A stretch of 64,000 nt of DNA from Takakia lepidozioides (taxonomy: Eukaryota > Plantae > Bryophyta). Positions 24,804-38,393 of the stretch are shown here, one piece after another. Made by a program: the position numbers and the translations under genes. The DNA lies in assembly GCA_030704615.1 (NCBI GenBank), contig CM060732.1, positions 7,130,001 through 7,194,000 on the forward strand, in the 5' to 3' direction. How positions within the stretch are numbered: position 1 is the first letter of the stretch; each line of letters opens with the position of its first letter. Under the pieces are notes generated by a model, which made no database searches, was not told the DNA's origin, and worked only from the letters and a program-made list of their open reading frames with translations.

Positions 24804-26599
24804 GCTGTCGAACCTTATCATGATGTGACATGGTGTGGCAGCCAGCCCAGAATCCGGGTCGACCTTAGTGCCTTTTGGCAATTGAGTAAGTGGGAGAAAC
24901 TGTCCCTCATGCCCATCAGGCCTTGTAGCGGGGAAGTATAACTGGGGAACATGAGGGAAGGCCTTGAGACAGTGGCGCAAGTCCTGGATTTCGGAGGCCC
25001 GAAAGCCTAGCTTTTGCAACTCTGTCGTCGAGCGTGTTTCGGTGATGAAGGGGAGTTCTGTGTCGTATGCGTGATTTTCTAAAGTGGGGTAGCCCATCCA
25101 GGGTTCTGGTGCGGCAGGTGAACTGGAGGAGTCCACGTGTTGTGAGGGGCCTGGCGCATCGTGACCCCGTGACTTTTTGGGATCAGAGTGGGAGCTACCG
25201 ACGTCACTGTTGAGCGCACTCGATACTCGTTTGATACCTGGGTTGTTAGCCAAGAGTCCAGCACCAGGTGGTGTAGGCGTTGCAGAATGGAGAATCATAT
25301 GGTGGTCGGGCGGGATGGGTGTCACAGGAGTTTGTGTTGCTGGAGCGCCTAGGGCATGTGTATCATCGATCGCTGGCAGATTCTGCGCTGTGCACCTCGT
25401 TGGAGCTCAACGTTGGTGCATGTATGAAGTAATGAGTTGTGGAATTACACCTGAGTCTCTTTAGGTACACGTAGTACAGATGTTTGCAAGGGCAATACAA
25501 TCCCGCCTTCGCCACCATGGTCTGGAAGTCGAGACAATTGCAGGTGGGTCATTCTGAAATTGTGATGGTGTACACCTCGTTGCAGACAGCTGAGCATGCC
25601 GTGGCCATCTGATACAAACGCCCAAAGCCTGGTGGTGGCGCTTCTCGTGAGCTCTGGATTGTATAGCTCATCCCAAGTGCATTCCCCATCCTTGTCTCAT
25701 TCACTTTTGAGGCAGGTCTCCGTCCCCTCGCTTCCCCCCAACGGTGTGTAGGATGTGCAGAGTTATCGCGTCGGTCTGTTCTTGCTCTCATAGTGGTCGG
25801 TGGTTGACATTGTTGAACCGGAAATGGTTGTTTGGGGACGTTTGTGCGCTGCACCATCCGAAATCCTGCTACAGTAAGAGCGTCGGCCTCAACCTGACTC
25901 AGATTGCATCCCGATTCCACCGGGCACACAGTGGGAGCCTCTGGCATTGCTTATATGGCGTACTTGGGCTTTCCATGGACACAAATCATACCTCCTGATG
26001 GTCACAATGGAGGACATCGACAAATCAATCATCCAGCAAGCCAGATATTACAAATTCTTGAGCAGGAAACAGTGGGGCTTTGGGCCGGATAGGGAGGAAT
26101 TGTTGGTACGAACAACTTCGAGGTCGAAGAATCTAGTGAAATGGGCGACGACATTGCGAGAGAAGATCAAAGTGACGCCTATGCACCGCAAAGGTGAACA
26201 CCTGGAGGGGGATGTCTGTACTCGCCCTGTCAGGCATAGAATTGAAGACGAACCTGACTGCGAAGAGGATTCCTGGCGATCTGACAGGAACATTCGGACT
26301 GCACCTCGAGGTCTAGTCATGTTGCCACACAATATCTCTTCGAGCAGTGGAAGCCCAACAGTTTCAAGATTGCCATCGCCTTCAAGCGGGGATTCCGTAC
26401 CTGAAATTCCATTGCCAGACCTGCCCAAGATTCCGCCCACTGTTATGCAGTATGGGCAACGCATTGTGGAGACGACAGTGTCTGCGTCACAGTGGAAAAT
26501 TGCTTGCACACTGCCGGCGTTTCGAGGAAGATGTTCCGCAATTTGAGTGGATCCAGGACAACGTTGTGGAGAGATGATAAGGAGGGACCCAGTTGGGGC

Positions 26600-27875
26600 T
26601 GTCCCTGCTCATACTTTCATGGGAAGATTTGTTTGTGCAAAGTTTGTGGTGGCGATGACGATCCAGTTGTGGTTCTGCATCTTGGTCTACTCCAAAACAA
26701 AAGAAGACCACCTAGAGCACATCAAAAGGGTGTTCCAAAAGTTGCGGGAAGGGAAGCAAGGCTTCAAAGTGCGAATTCGGGGTAACAAAAGTGGAGTTCC
26801 TAGGGCATGTGATTATGCAGGATGGGATAAAAATAGATGATAGAAATGTGAGGGCAATCGTGGACTGATAACCTCCAACTTCGGTCCCGGGAGTTCGGTC
26901 ATTTTTAGGACTTGCTTCCTACTACCGAAAGTATGTGGGGAATTTCGCCAAAATTGCGGGGACCGCTATCAGACATCTTACGCAAGTCCAAGGTCTTGGT
27001 GTGGAACACCTTTTGTGGCCAAGCATTTGTCGAGTTGAGGTAGTGGATGGCGGAAGCTCCAGTCTTTAAGATCCCGAAGTTCGACCGTCTATTTGAGATT
27101 CACACAGACCCGTCAGACTTCGCAATTGGAGGTGTTCTCATGCAAAATGGGCGTCGAGTGGCTTACGAAAGTAAGAAATTGAACGACATTGAACGGAGAT
27201 GGCCTACGCACGAGAAGGAGATGAAGGTGGTGGTGCACTGTCTTGAGCTTTGGTGCCACTATGTTGGTTCCAACCCAATGAAGGTGTTCACGGACAATGT
27301 CACGATGAAGTATTTTGCCATGCTACCTAAGTTGTCCGCAAAACATATTAGGTGGCAAGATACTTTGGCATTGTTTGACGTGGATATCCAGTACAAGCCG
27401 GGACGGGACAATGTGGTGGCCGATGCTTTGAGTAGGAAGCAACAGCTTATGTTGGTGTATAGGTGAGACAGAGTTGCAAAGGAAGGTACATAGGGCCTAT
27501 CGAAGGGATGAATTGACGAAGTCCGTGATGCAGGACTTAAAGGCTAAGGGCTAAGTCGCAGTTCCACTTGCACAATGGACTGCTCCGGTAGAAGCAAAAG
27601 ATGAGGGCTAAGAGAAAGTCTCTTGAGGGAATGCCTGATGGCCCGCTTGCGGGTCACGATGGGGCCAAGTGCACCATGGTACTCTTGAAGAATGAGTATT
27701 TCTGGCCCAAACTAAGGGAGGAGGCCGAGGAGCATGTCAAGACATGCACCACATGCTAACAAAACCGGAGTGAGTACAAGAAGCAAGCGTGACTGTTACA
27801 ACCATTGCCGATTCCAGAAAGGCCTTGGGATAGTGTCTCAATGGATTTCATGACAAGTTTGCCGCTCTCGAGACG
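26600..27875 (+). mobile_element. Degenerate Ty3/gypsy (chromovirus-like) pol fragment: RT end, RNase H, integrase start
   Basis: ILVYSKTKEDHLEH, VEFLGHVI, VRSFLGLASYYRK, FEIHTDPSDFAIGGVL, VAYESKKL, WPTHEKE, NVVADALSR, PIPERPWDSVSMDF. Confidence 0.9.
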
Positions 27876-30117
27876 CTTAAGGGTTAGAAGTCTTGTCATT
27901 CAGTGCCCCTGCACCTACAGAACCAATGGGCTACCTCCTCTACATACGTTATCACCTTGCCTCTGGATACCATATGAAACAATGACCCATTGTGAGATTG
28001 GAACAAGTGGAGGAAGATCTGCAACTCTAACATACCAGGTCAGGCAGGAGCATGGCAAAGACAACAACCGTTTGATCCAACACCAACGACGCAACTTGCC
28101 ATGCCTTTGTGATTGGACAAGTTCACAAAAAACATAGACTTCCACATGGTATAGAACCCTGAACCCGTGTAGTGATGCTGTCAAGATAGAGTGCTATCTC
28201 ATTCCTGGGTGAAGGATTTGACCCATCATTTCAAGGATGATTGTGATCACTCAATTTTGCTAGGCCTATTGGGAATAAAGTACAAACATCATCGGCACGG
28301 ATCAAACAACCAGTCATTGGTAACAGTGGCGCGCATGGAGATGTGCACGGTTACTAGGCTCGAGTCTGTACTTTTCAATGCTCTTGTAGTGCATTGCTGA
28401 ATGCGTCTTACTGCGCATGTTGAAATGACTCGGGCATCTGGATATCACAGCCTTCAAAAGCATAGTCCACAGTTTCAATCTTCATCAGAAGCCCATCTCC
28501 ATTTACCATTTCGACAATTCAAGAGTTCAGATTCACTCAACTTGGACCATATTAATTATGTTTGCTAACTGGGCCTCTGCTTGACCACCTTTGCCTAACG
28601 CACAAACATACCCCTACAGTTCATATTTAATTCTCAAGTGCCCTGAAAAGACAGGCAGTGTTGCTTAATACTTTTGAAATACTTAAAAGTTCCCACCCCC
28701 CCCACCTCCTCTGCCCCTTGAGCCCCAGGGAGTTACAAACTTGGGAAGGCTTCTCTGCATCTGTTCTGATCCTAGGAAGATGAACATCATGCCAGGACTC
28801 TATTAGATCTAGAAGAGGCCTCTCACAGGAGCAGGCTGGGATGGGAGTATGTTTTAGAAATGGACAAGTTAGCTTGATTCCAAGTTGCCATGAAAGCTTC
28901 TTCTTTTCATTAAAAAATGTCAACAACATTCTGGTCAGCGGACAAGTTTCATGAGGTTTTGGAAGACTACCTCTCGCGAGAATTAAGTTTTCAGAAATCT
29001 CTATAAACCCCTCTTACATGGCCAGAACTTCAAAAACCACGTAGAACATAACTTGTCCTGTCGAGCTAGGAATTTATCCAAATGAATACTTCACAACCCT
29101 AGTGTTACATTGAAATGTGAGCTGATGAGAGGCCATCGCCGATCCAAGAGAGATCACAGGTGTAAGAAAGCAACGAACCAAAAATCTGCTGTACTCTGTG
29201 CGGAACTTGAACAGCAAATTAATGATCGACCACCTGGGCAGCCTTCAGTATACTTACTAGTAAAACAACTAGGGATTTCCTCTTCAGCTCGCCTGTCATG
29301 AACTTCAGCTTTCCTTAATTGCCAGACCGTAGTGAAAACACATCATTACAAAATGCCCTGCATATCAACGCCTTCAGCATTCTTCTCACAAGATAGACAA
29401 GGTTGGCAAAGGCAGGGTGGTTGAACTAGCTTGTCATTATATTCTAGAGAGCTCACACTGAGATTCTTTCCTCGGTGAAAGGTAATTTCATACACCTGTT
29501 TTGTGCACCTCAGGTTGGGTTTGCACCTATCTTCAGCCACGAAGGGATAACCTTTGCTTTCAAATACTATCATGGGGTGCTGCGCAAATACACAGCTGAA
29601 TTTCTTAACAAGAATGGGTGTCATTGCTGACACAAAGACATTCACTTCCTTAGTAACTAATTGACTGCACATATCCAGCCACATGCACGGACAACATCCT
29701 GTCTGTGTCACTGGACATGGATAAGCATATATATAGAGAGTGCACAGTGATGGCTGGGAATTCACAATTCAGTCCTACCCTTTGAACTAACATTGGTAGA
29801 ACAAGTTACCTCTTTGAAATACAATGACTTGATTTCCCTGCCGCATGACCCTCTCAAGGACCTTCAACTGGGCTGCCTTTCGATGGTGAGTGCGCTACAC
29901 TGCTTCTCACCATTCGGACAGTGGAAAGCTCCATTTCATCCATTAGGGGTTGTGTGCATCATGCACAAGACGAATCTCGTTTCGTACAGATTAATTTCTT
30001 GTATATCGATGGTAAAAAAATTCCGACCACTGTAGCACGTCTTCAAAACAATTAGATCCTCGACCTGCAGTAGCAGATGCTCTCGCTTCAAATCTCCAAA
30101 ACGCAAGGGTGACCCTA

Positions 30118-31376
30118 TTATGTGTCCGGCATGGTCTTCTCAGCTGCTAGCGTAAGAATGGCAGAGGCCAGGTTGTTCACAGCACTAATGAGACCAGCCA
30201 CCCCTGCCCGACTGATTTCGGCCTTAGTTTCCTCTATACTCAGCTTGCGTTCTTCTACCCCTAAAAGATCGCGGTGCCGCTGGTCCTTCTTGTCCTCGCA
30301 GGCCAAGAGCGTTTGTGTTAGTTCCAAGGTGCTCTTGTACATGGCTGGGGCTATGCCTTCACGAGACTCGAAAACTTTCCGCTTCTTTGCAGCACCGCTT
30401 TCTTCGCTGTCAGATTCATCCGCGCCCTCTGCCGACATCCACACCATGAGCAGCAGAAACTTGTTGGTCTCTACAAGAAAAACAATTCAGTAAAATCCCG
30501 TCCAGCAACATTCCTCACGACAGTCCACCAGGCAACGGGTAGCAATGTGTTTCTAGAAAACACTGTAGAGATGCCATTAAAAACAAATTTTCAGATGGCT
30601 TTTCCATTTAAACATGTACTGCTTATCATAAGCAGCTTCAGATGTAGGATTCTTGGCTACCTTCAGACCTTAAAAAAGCTCATAATCGAGCATTGTGAGA
30701 TGATGCATATCCATCTTCGCCCCTCAAACAACATGGTCGCCATCACAAACAACAAAACAATTGGTACGAGTCCGTTTAAGGACCGAAAATCCTGCAGTAG
30801 TCATTCCTATGAGCGACATAGAAGACCAAACTAAGTACCAGAGGGGATGGACGGAGCCGTAGGTGGGGGCATCGGCGGGTGTGCGGACGGATTGGATTCA
30901 GGAGCAGGCAGAGGCCGCATGATTTTTGGAGGGAAGCGCCGATCAATTGTATCATAAAGAGTATCATACACTTGAATCAGCAAACTGGAGGGTAGCCCTT
31001 TGTCCTTCCGCTCGTGCTTCTCCATTTGCCAGTAAGACAACGGCTCAGGGGGAACACGAATCTCATGGTCACGCACTTTTTTGTAATCACGCAGCAGATT
31101 ATCCCACTTGTCATTGCACTGATTCTGACTGCGACGACAGCCATTTTTCCAGCAGTAATTTTCGACCCACTTCCAACGAAATTCTGCAGTTTTGGACTTC
31201 TCCTTCTCGCCACCTTTCAAACGGCGCTCGTCATCAAGCTTCTTGGCAGCAATCAAAACCACTGTCTCATGTAATGTCCAGTTGCCCTTTCGATACTCCC
31301 TCTCCTCAGGATTCAAGGCATCCGGGACCTCAACGATTGCAAGTTGGTTAAAGTTAGTTTCAGCCATCCCCCACAT
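30118..31376 (-). CDS. Trihelix (Myb/SANT-like) transcription factor, SH4-like clade, two exons (31376-30839; about 30470 or 30429-30118)
   Basis: REYRKGNWTLHETVVLIAAKK..RWKWVENYCWKNGCRRSQNQCNDKWDNLLRDYKKVRDHE. Phase-1 GT-AG intron keeps frame into the coiled-coil exon (CEDKKDQRHRDLL..AGLISAVNNLA). No lesions seen. Confidence 0.93.
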
Positions 31377-33161
31377 TCAACAACACCAGCATTTCCACGC
31401 AGCCCTTCTTTGAAAGGCCCGTCTCAATAATATTTAGCTCGAAACATGCGAGTTACTGGCTGTCAGAATAATTCCTCAGAGCTCTGCTTGGAACAGGCAA
31501 ACAGAGACGGAAAGAACAGGTCTAGGACTGAACTTGACGTAGTCGAGCCTACTGCCCACCAAACATGGGCGTGATGTTGATGTACCCAACATCTGCCCAG
31601 GAGTGTCTCCATCGATCATTGAATTCTGTTCCCTGCATATCACCTACATCACAGGGTTGTAAAATTTAAATGCACACCGGTGCGCAACCTTTGTTACACC
31701 CACCTCAATAGTCTTCGAAAGACACAACTGCTCTCAGAAAGATCATATGCCTGCTGTACAAAGCAAGTCAACCCTGCTCCTTGCACTTCTGCCTCCTTCG
31801 AGATCGCCAAAACAGACCTAAAAGTGAATGAATCCTAGTCAGGCTCGAAGGACATCTGAAAATGAAAACCCAAAAGCTGGAGCACAAAAAAGCATGTCAC
31901 AGTCGAGTGACGAATGCGGGAATCGTTGATAGGGCTTACTGGGCATTCAGCCTGTTCGGCAAACAAATATGGACAGGAGTAGTTTTCCAAAGACCTGGGA
32001 TGGAGACAGAGCGGATTGGACTCAACGGTCAATTACCGAGACAATCGCTGCCACACTGCTCTGCGCACTCTATGCATTCCATCACAGTGCCCAAGACAGC
32101 ATGTGGGAGAAGGGGCGGACGATGGGATGGCATTAATATCTACGGACCGGGCTAACGGTAGGGTCAGTCGGTATATCTAATAATAAGTGAGCGACGCTGC
32201 GATTGTTCATAACGCGTGATCAATCCACTGCTGCGCACAAAGCTGGCCGCGCCGCCACCCCTCCTCGGCCTTAATGCACGTGGCGGCCGCACTCACACCC
32301 TCCCTCGTCTCAAATGTTGACTGCAGGCAGCCCCCCTCTCTTCCATTTTAGGGCTTAGGTAGCCAAATGTTGCAATCTGCTTTACATATTTGTTGGCCCT
32401 GCCCGACAGGGTAGGGACTATGCATCAAGTTGGCCAAAGGCCCTTAACCTTATATCATGGGTTGTTCCCATGAGACTTAATGGGAACATGAAAGTTTTTA
32501 GTTCCCAGTTGGGCACATGTTACACTCATTTGTTCATTTTTTTGTTGGCCTTGACTCCTTGAGCTGTGACTACATTAGAATGCATGCATATGCAGCATGA
32601 AGTACCTTATACCCCGAGTGGGTCCCAGCTGGGCACATGCTCCTTATGTTTTTAATGTGTTCTATTCATGGCTGATTGTCTGTGTATATTGATCTATTCA
32701 TAGATCAAATGATAATATGTGGTTATATCCCAAGTGATCAGAGGTTCCATATGTTCTTTATGTGTTCTACTCAAGCCCACAATGCCAAAAAACATTTCCC
32801 CTCGTTGCCAAAAAGGCAGGTGATAAGTTATGAATGAGGACATAATATAATATGAAAATATATATGTAATATGCTATAATAAACAGTACATATATTTTAG
32901 TATTTTAGTATTTATATTTTAATGATTTTTTCTTTTTTCTCTTAAAAATAGAGACCAATGTTGTATTAGTATATAAATTAGGAGACTGATATGTGCACTG
33001 CTATTAAATACCAAATTAGTCAACAACATGGCTTAAGTGTATGTCACGCTGGCCTTGTTAGGCATAACATCATTCCATAAAACTTCATATCAGTAAAACA
33101 ATGGCAGGGCCTCCGTGTATCTCAGGCCTTGTTGGTGTAAGCTTTAGTAGGTTTATTACAA

Positions 33162-33654
33162 CAGTGTTGTGCAGGTTGTGCCTTTTTAAGGAACCCGCTA
33201 GGATCCGGGTTTTTGAAATTTGGAAAATCCGGGTCCGGGTTCGGGTCCAGGTTTTTGAGCACGGAGTCGGGTCCGGGTCCGGGTAGTTGCTGGAAAAAAC
33301 GGGTTCAGGGTTCGGATCCGGGTCCTAATTAATTGATTAAATACATTATAAAAATGAGGTTAATTAAAAATAATATTTTCTGTCATATTTAATTAAATAA
33401 ATATCATTTAAAAAATTACATATACGTATTTATTTGTTTATTAAAAGTTAAAACCGGGACCCTGACCCACTATACTGGTCCGGGTATTTTTTTGGAGCCC
33501 GGGTCCACCCACATGTAGCGGGTTTAAGGGGTTATGGACCTAGCAAACGGGGTCTGGGTTCGGGTTTTTTGTGATTACACGGGTCCGGGTCTGGGTAACC
33601 CGGACCCGGATCCACCGGGTACCCAAGGTCAAAACCCGGACACTCACAACACTC
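33162..33654. mobile_element. hAT-like MITE with CAGTGTTGTG / CACAACACTC termini and dense (A/T)CCCG/CGGGT subterminal repeats
   Basis: 10-bp TIR with 1 mismatch, many cgggtccgggt/acccgg motifs, AT-rich core. TSD only partly matching. Confidence 0.65.
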
Positions 33655-33819
33655 GTTTACACTAGACATTGGATGGGAATTGAATGAGTGTGTGTGGAAA
33701 AGTGTGGGTCCCGCTGGCCGGAGGCTTGCCACCTACAACGCGCTATGTTCCTGTCAAATCCCCAACCCGCCCCCTTCCGGCCTCTGGGACCCGCCATGCC
33801 CCGGCCCGCCCGCCCGTCT

Positions 33820-34015
33820 TATTTCCGCTCCCATGTCTCACTGCTACTCCGATTCGTTCCCCTCATTCCCTCCCCTCATTCCCTCCCCTGTTTGCCCCCC
33901 CTTTGCTCCCTGTTTCCGCTCCTCCAACCCCCCTCCTGTCGCTCTCCGTTCCCCTCATTCGTGAGCCTGTGTCCCCGCTCCCCTGTCTCACTGTTACCCC
34001 GTTTCACTCCCATGT
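33820..34015. repeat. C-rich repeat with an inverted homologue at about 38540-38910
   Basis: gctctccgttcccctcatt..tgtgtccccg is the reverse complement of cggggacaca..aatgaggggaacggagagc (38760-38796). Confidence 0.7.
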
Positions 34016-34027
34016 TCGACTGTTGTG

Positions 34028-34812
34028 TGAAAACAGTGACCTAAAACTCTCTACACTAAATTACCCAAAGTTTATCAAAGTGACCCTTGTTATTCCATAT
34101 ATGTGCTGCAGCGAAAGAGGAAAACACAGATGTAGGTAGGCTTTAATTGTTATTGATTCGCTGAGCTTGGTGGTGATTGCATACGGGAGCAGAATCCCTG
34201 AAGATCCAACTCAATACATTCCAGAAGGGCAATGCCCAGGGGTTAGATCACCTACTAATGCATGTATGATTGTTCAATCAGCAAGCATGAAGCCACAGAT
34301 TTGATTGCTTATGCGGCCCAAACAGTGTAGTCCTCACTTACACTCTTTCCCATATTTTCTCTCACTAAGAGTTGGACAAGAACTCTGGCCCCAAGGCCTG
34401 CAACTCTCATTTGTTGATAACAGCCAGCCAATGCCAACGTGTGTCCTCTAACAAAGAGCATCTACATATCAGACTTGAACCCTAATGTAATCTAAACATC
34501 AAAGTGCTAACGAGAATCCTGACACTACAGAAATATTCCAGGGAGAATCATACACCCAGCAGTAACCACCCAACCTAAGTGTTGATACCCATGACAGAAA
34601 ATGACAACACTAAATAATGCCAACTAAGAAAACTAGACTAAGGAGTAATCAAAGTTGTGAATCAAAACTAACACCCTGGAAATGCAGCTACCCAATAGTA
34701 TTTAGATATCACTAGCACCCCACTCACTAATTCAAGCACTCTCTCATGAAAGAGGTTGCATGAAGCATGCAGAAAGTTCAACCCAGCCATCCCACTTTGA
34801 GATGCTCACATG
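34028..34812 (-). mobile_element. Truncated LTR (3' part) of the family at 40973-41698
   Basis: Reverse-complement match over about 780 bp. Ends in ...GTCACTGTTTTCA on the minus strand. Confidence 0.9.
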
Positions 34813-35960
34813 GAGAGAAGCTAGCGCGTGAGTGTGCTCATGTGAGCACGCTCACGCTTAGCGCACTAAGCGTGAGCAGATTCCGTTAAGCGTGAGCACA
34901 TTCTAAACGGGAGCACATAAGGGAAGCGGAGCCTATAACCGTGGAAAAAACAGGGCCTATTGTCGTGGACCCAAACTGAAATGGAGGATAACATAAGCTA
35001 ACTGGGACCAAAGATGTTGAGCTCAATGCACACAATTTGAGATGAATGTGTGATGAAATGAATCATGGATGAATGTGGGATGAAAAATTATCGGATAAAT
35101 GAATCATGGATGACTTAATTAAGATTGATTGTACAAGAAGATTAATTGTGGTGAAAATCCTTGGGCCCTGTTTTATTTTTGTTTTTGGAGATAGATAAAC
35201 TTCCAACACAGCTTGGGTTTTTGTTATTTTACAAGGATGAAGTCATTGTTGTTACCCAAGGATGAACTCGGGGGATCTTCTCTGTGGATGAACTTCCGTG
35301 GAGACCTCTCGTGGATGGAGGTTATGGATGATCTGCGAGGGCCATGACAGTGGATGACTCCCGTGTATATTTTGTATGGATGGATGACTACAGAGGCAGT
35401 TGAGTTCCGTCCATCGCGATAGCTAGTTTATGAATCAATAGGGGGTGCGGATATTGCATGAGCGGTGAGCGGGATTAAGCATGAGCATGAGCAGAACATA
35501 TTTTATGGATTTTTTGCCAAATTTATCCCTTGTGGAGGTAGTTTTGGACTGCTTTTCCGGTAAAAAAAATGTCAAATTCTCCATCATCATTGGCTTCAAC
35601 CTTAGGTTCAGATAAAAAAAATATAGGTTCGGCAGTTACCGAACCTGAGTAGTCGGTGCCGATTATAGCACAACAATGCTATGAGAGTTGGGTAGTCGGT
35701 GCCGATTATAACATAATAATGCTCAGAAAGCGGCTACCGCAAACCTTCCACTATAGACGTGAAATGAAAGAAGCCAACCAACAACATACCAGCCAAGAAA
35801 ACATGAAACCAGCCAAGAAAACTTTGAACTTATTATGGTATTGCAGCAACATTGAAAGCACTTCAATTAGTATCCAACAATAACATCTAGGCTGGAAAAC
35901 AGAAATTGTTGCAGTAGAATTTTAAAAAGTACTTCTCCACTTCCACTACACATGTGAAAT

Positions 35961-36522
35961 GTAAGCCCCTGGGACCTCAACAGGCTCCACTTCAAGCTCT
36001 TCCAACTCACCAACAGGTCACTCTATCTTTGCTCCCACCTCCTCACTGTGATCCCCATGAAACCAGCCAAGAAAACATGAAACCAGCCAAGAGAAGAGCC
36101 AATGTATGCAGTGAACGTCGACACTAAACTGAAACTTATCCAGCACTTAAATTAGAGGAGGGAGGGTGAGTTCTACCTCCATAAGCTTTCCCACATCAAC
36201 TCTGGGAGCTTTCAGAATATTTACACTCCGGATGAAGGTGTTCTGTATAAGATACATACCGGCGGATGCCTTCTCAATGTCTTTTCCAATCACCTCTAGA
36301 ATGAACTTGGCTACAAGATCCTTCAAATCACAAGTTTGAGCTTCAGGCACAATGATCTCCCTCATCTTTCACTGAAATAAGCCAAAACATGGTAACATTA
36401 GTACTTACATCAGGCTGCATCTCGCGAAACTGGTGAATGACTTGCATGAAAATATTGGCTGCATACGAGGTTTTGCAGTGTTCCTGACAAACAACCACCA
36501 TTGCAACCGTCATGTTCTATGG

Positions 36523-36557
<35 letters not shown>

Positions 36558-36940
36558 ACTCACACATGAACCTCAGAAATGGACATCAGAGACCTGAAAT
36601 GCCTTCATCAAACCCAACAACTATTGGCTGGTGTACTTGAGGTTCCATTTCTTTCAGAGACTATCATTTAACTTCTAAGAATTGCATCATTTTGTCGAAG
36701 AGTCTTGTAGAAATGTGTTGCTAACAGATCAAGAAAACATGGCTACAAACCTGTCAAATGTTGCTGAAATTGTGCATAGCAAGTGCGCTTAATATGGCGG
36801 GGCCGCTTGTTTGTGAAGCCAATGCAGAAAATCTGCAACATGTAATTGTCTGTTGTTTTCACATCCACATGTGACTCTATCAGACTCTACCATTTCTGCA
36901 CCAGCCTCCATCAACTTGTCTGTGGTGAAATTCATTCCCT
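35961..36940 (-). pseudogene. RPS3a: 40S ribosomal protein S3a (eS1) pseudogene, 3' exons with introns retained
   Basis: GMNFTTDKL / [35 protein letters not shown]; [45 protein letters not shown]; HGDHSEEVGAKIE*P. Stops and frameshifts present. Confidence 0.92.
36526..36555. repeat. (CT)n microsatellite
   Basis: Read directly. Confidence 0.9.
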
Positions 36941-37149
36941 GCACCAATCCCAAGTCAATTTACAACACGGCCTTTAACCCTGACAACAAAAGAAGCTCAC
37001 TTTAGAGTGCCAGGCACCAATTTACGTGAGAATAAGGCACTTCAATTTCGCTATGATATACCGACTGATAAGAGCCCCATATTAGAAGCAGCACTGCACC
37101 CACTTAGGATGAGACTAACCTAAAGTTAGTGAGGACATTGCGACCCTGC

Positions 37150-37760
37150 ACATTCTTCTTCCTTCATCAAATAAGCCAGTTTGACAACACATACACTGGC
37201 GGCCAGCTTCAACCTTTCTTTTGTAATATCTTCCATTACTTGACCGGCCAACCTGTGATGACGACAATGCTGGCCATATCCTAACAGCATTGCATTCGAA
37301 AAGATTCCCAAAATTAAGATGAGGGGAAATGTGAAGTTCCCTCTGGAACCTTCCAAATAGAATGAAGGGGATTGACAGTGAAATAAGGACAAAAATGGGG
37401 AGGAAGATGCAGGTTCCGACTGGGATTTTGCATCGGGCCTGTAGCTTCATGATGGTGATTGGTTATAATTGCTAATGGAAGGCATGAAGACTTGGCAGCA
37501 GATATTTAAAGTTTTCGATTATAACTTATCAATCTGACACCAGATAACCTTTGTCCATACTATCGAACTCTCCCTTCAAATTCGCATCGTCGATGCTTCC
37601 AGAAGGTAGTGTTCCGAATTCCTTCAAGTACATGCAGTTCTCGCCTGTGATATGATCACCATGCTATCATGCAATCATCGCATTTGAAGACATGACGCGT
37701 CGTTCAGCCATACTGTCTAAACGGCATCATGTGCAGACTCTCACTTTACAGACTCAATGA
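37150..37760 (-). pseudogene. Highly decayed PPR fragments
   Basis: DSMAERRVMSSNAMIA, SNAMLLGYGQH, CCQTGLFDEGR. Confidence 0.55.
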
Positions 37761-37899
37761 AGAATGCGACTTAGTGCTCTACGATAACTACAAAATGCTT
37801 GAGCTATATCAAATCAATAGGAAACTAACACATGTAATAAGCTGACAAGATTTCGGCAAACATGGATGGATGAGCTCATCCAATGGATGGATCCATTCA

Positions 37900-38393
37900 T
37901 GTATATGCCTTCAAAATGACACGTGTAGTAATAAAGTCATATAAATGACTTTAAAATGTCACGTGTAGTGATGTAGTCATATATATAGAATTATGAAACA
38001 ATCTTTTGTCATGTATTCACAAGTTTACATGCCATGTCATGTTGTGGATGAATACATTCCTGTATTTGCCTTGAAAATGACACGTGTAGCGATATAGTCG
38101 TATAATAATTAGAGCTGTGAAACTTCAATCATTGAGTCATAAGATTCCATGAAACGTCGTCCACGTATAGTCAAACATATCACATTAGTCATATAAACCA
38201 TCCATGTCATCGTGGTCAACAATGTTGGACCAATGCTCCCTAAATTTCCGGAGTCATGTAGTGATATCCATTACTGCAGAGTGATAAAACTATGACTGCA
38301 ACGCATTGAACAGCACTCTGTAGTCGTATACCTAGTGCAATTTTTATGACTCCGCCAAAGCCGTAGTCCTAAAAACGCTCATATCTTGTAGTG
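37900..38393. mobile_element. Non-autonomous CACTA end (...ATATCTTGTAGTG) with atgac/gtcat subterminal repeats
   Basis: Reverse complement CACTACAAGATAT at 38381-38393. Repeated aaaatgacacgtgtag. Confidence 0.65.

Noticed and set aside
28200-29800. Possible further PPR remnants on the minus strand
   Set aside because: Only scattered 4-6 residue resemblances, too decayed to support.
32395-33112. MITE with GGCCCTGCC/GGCAGGGCC termini
   Set aside because: Only 9-bp match and no target-site duplication.
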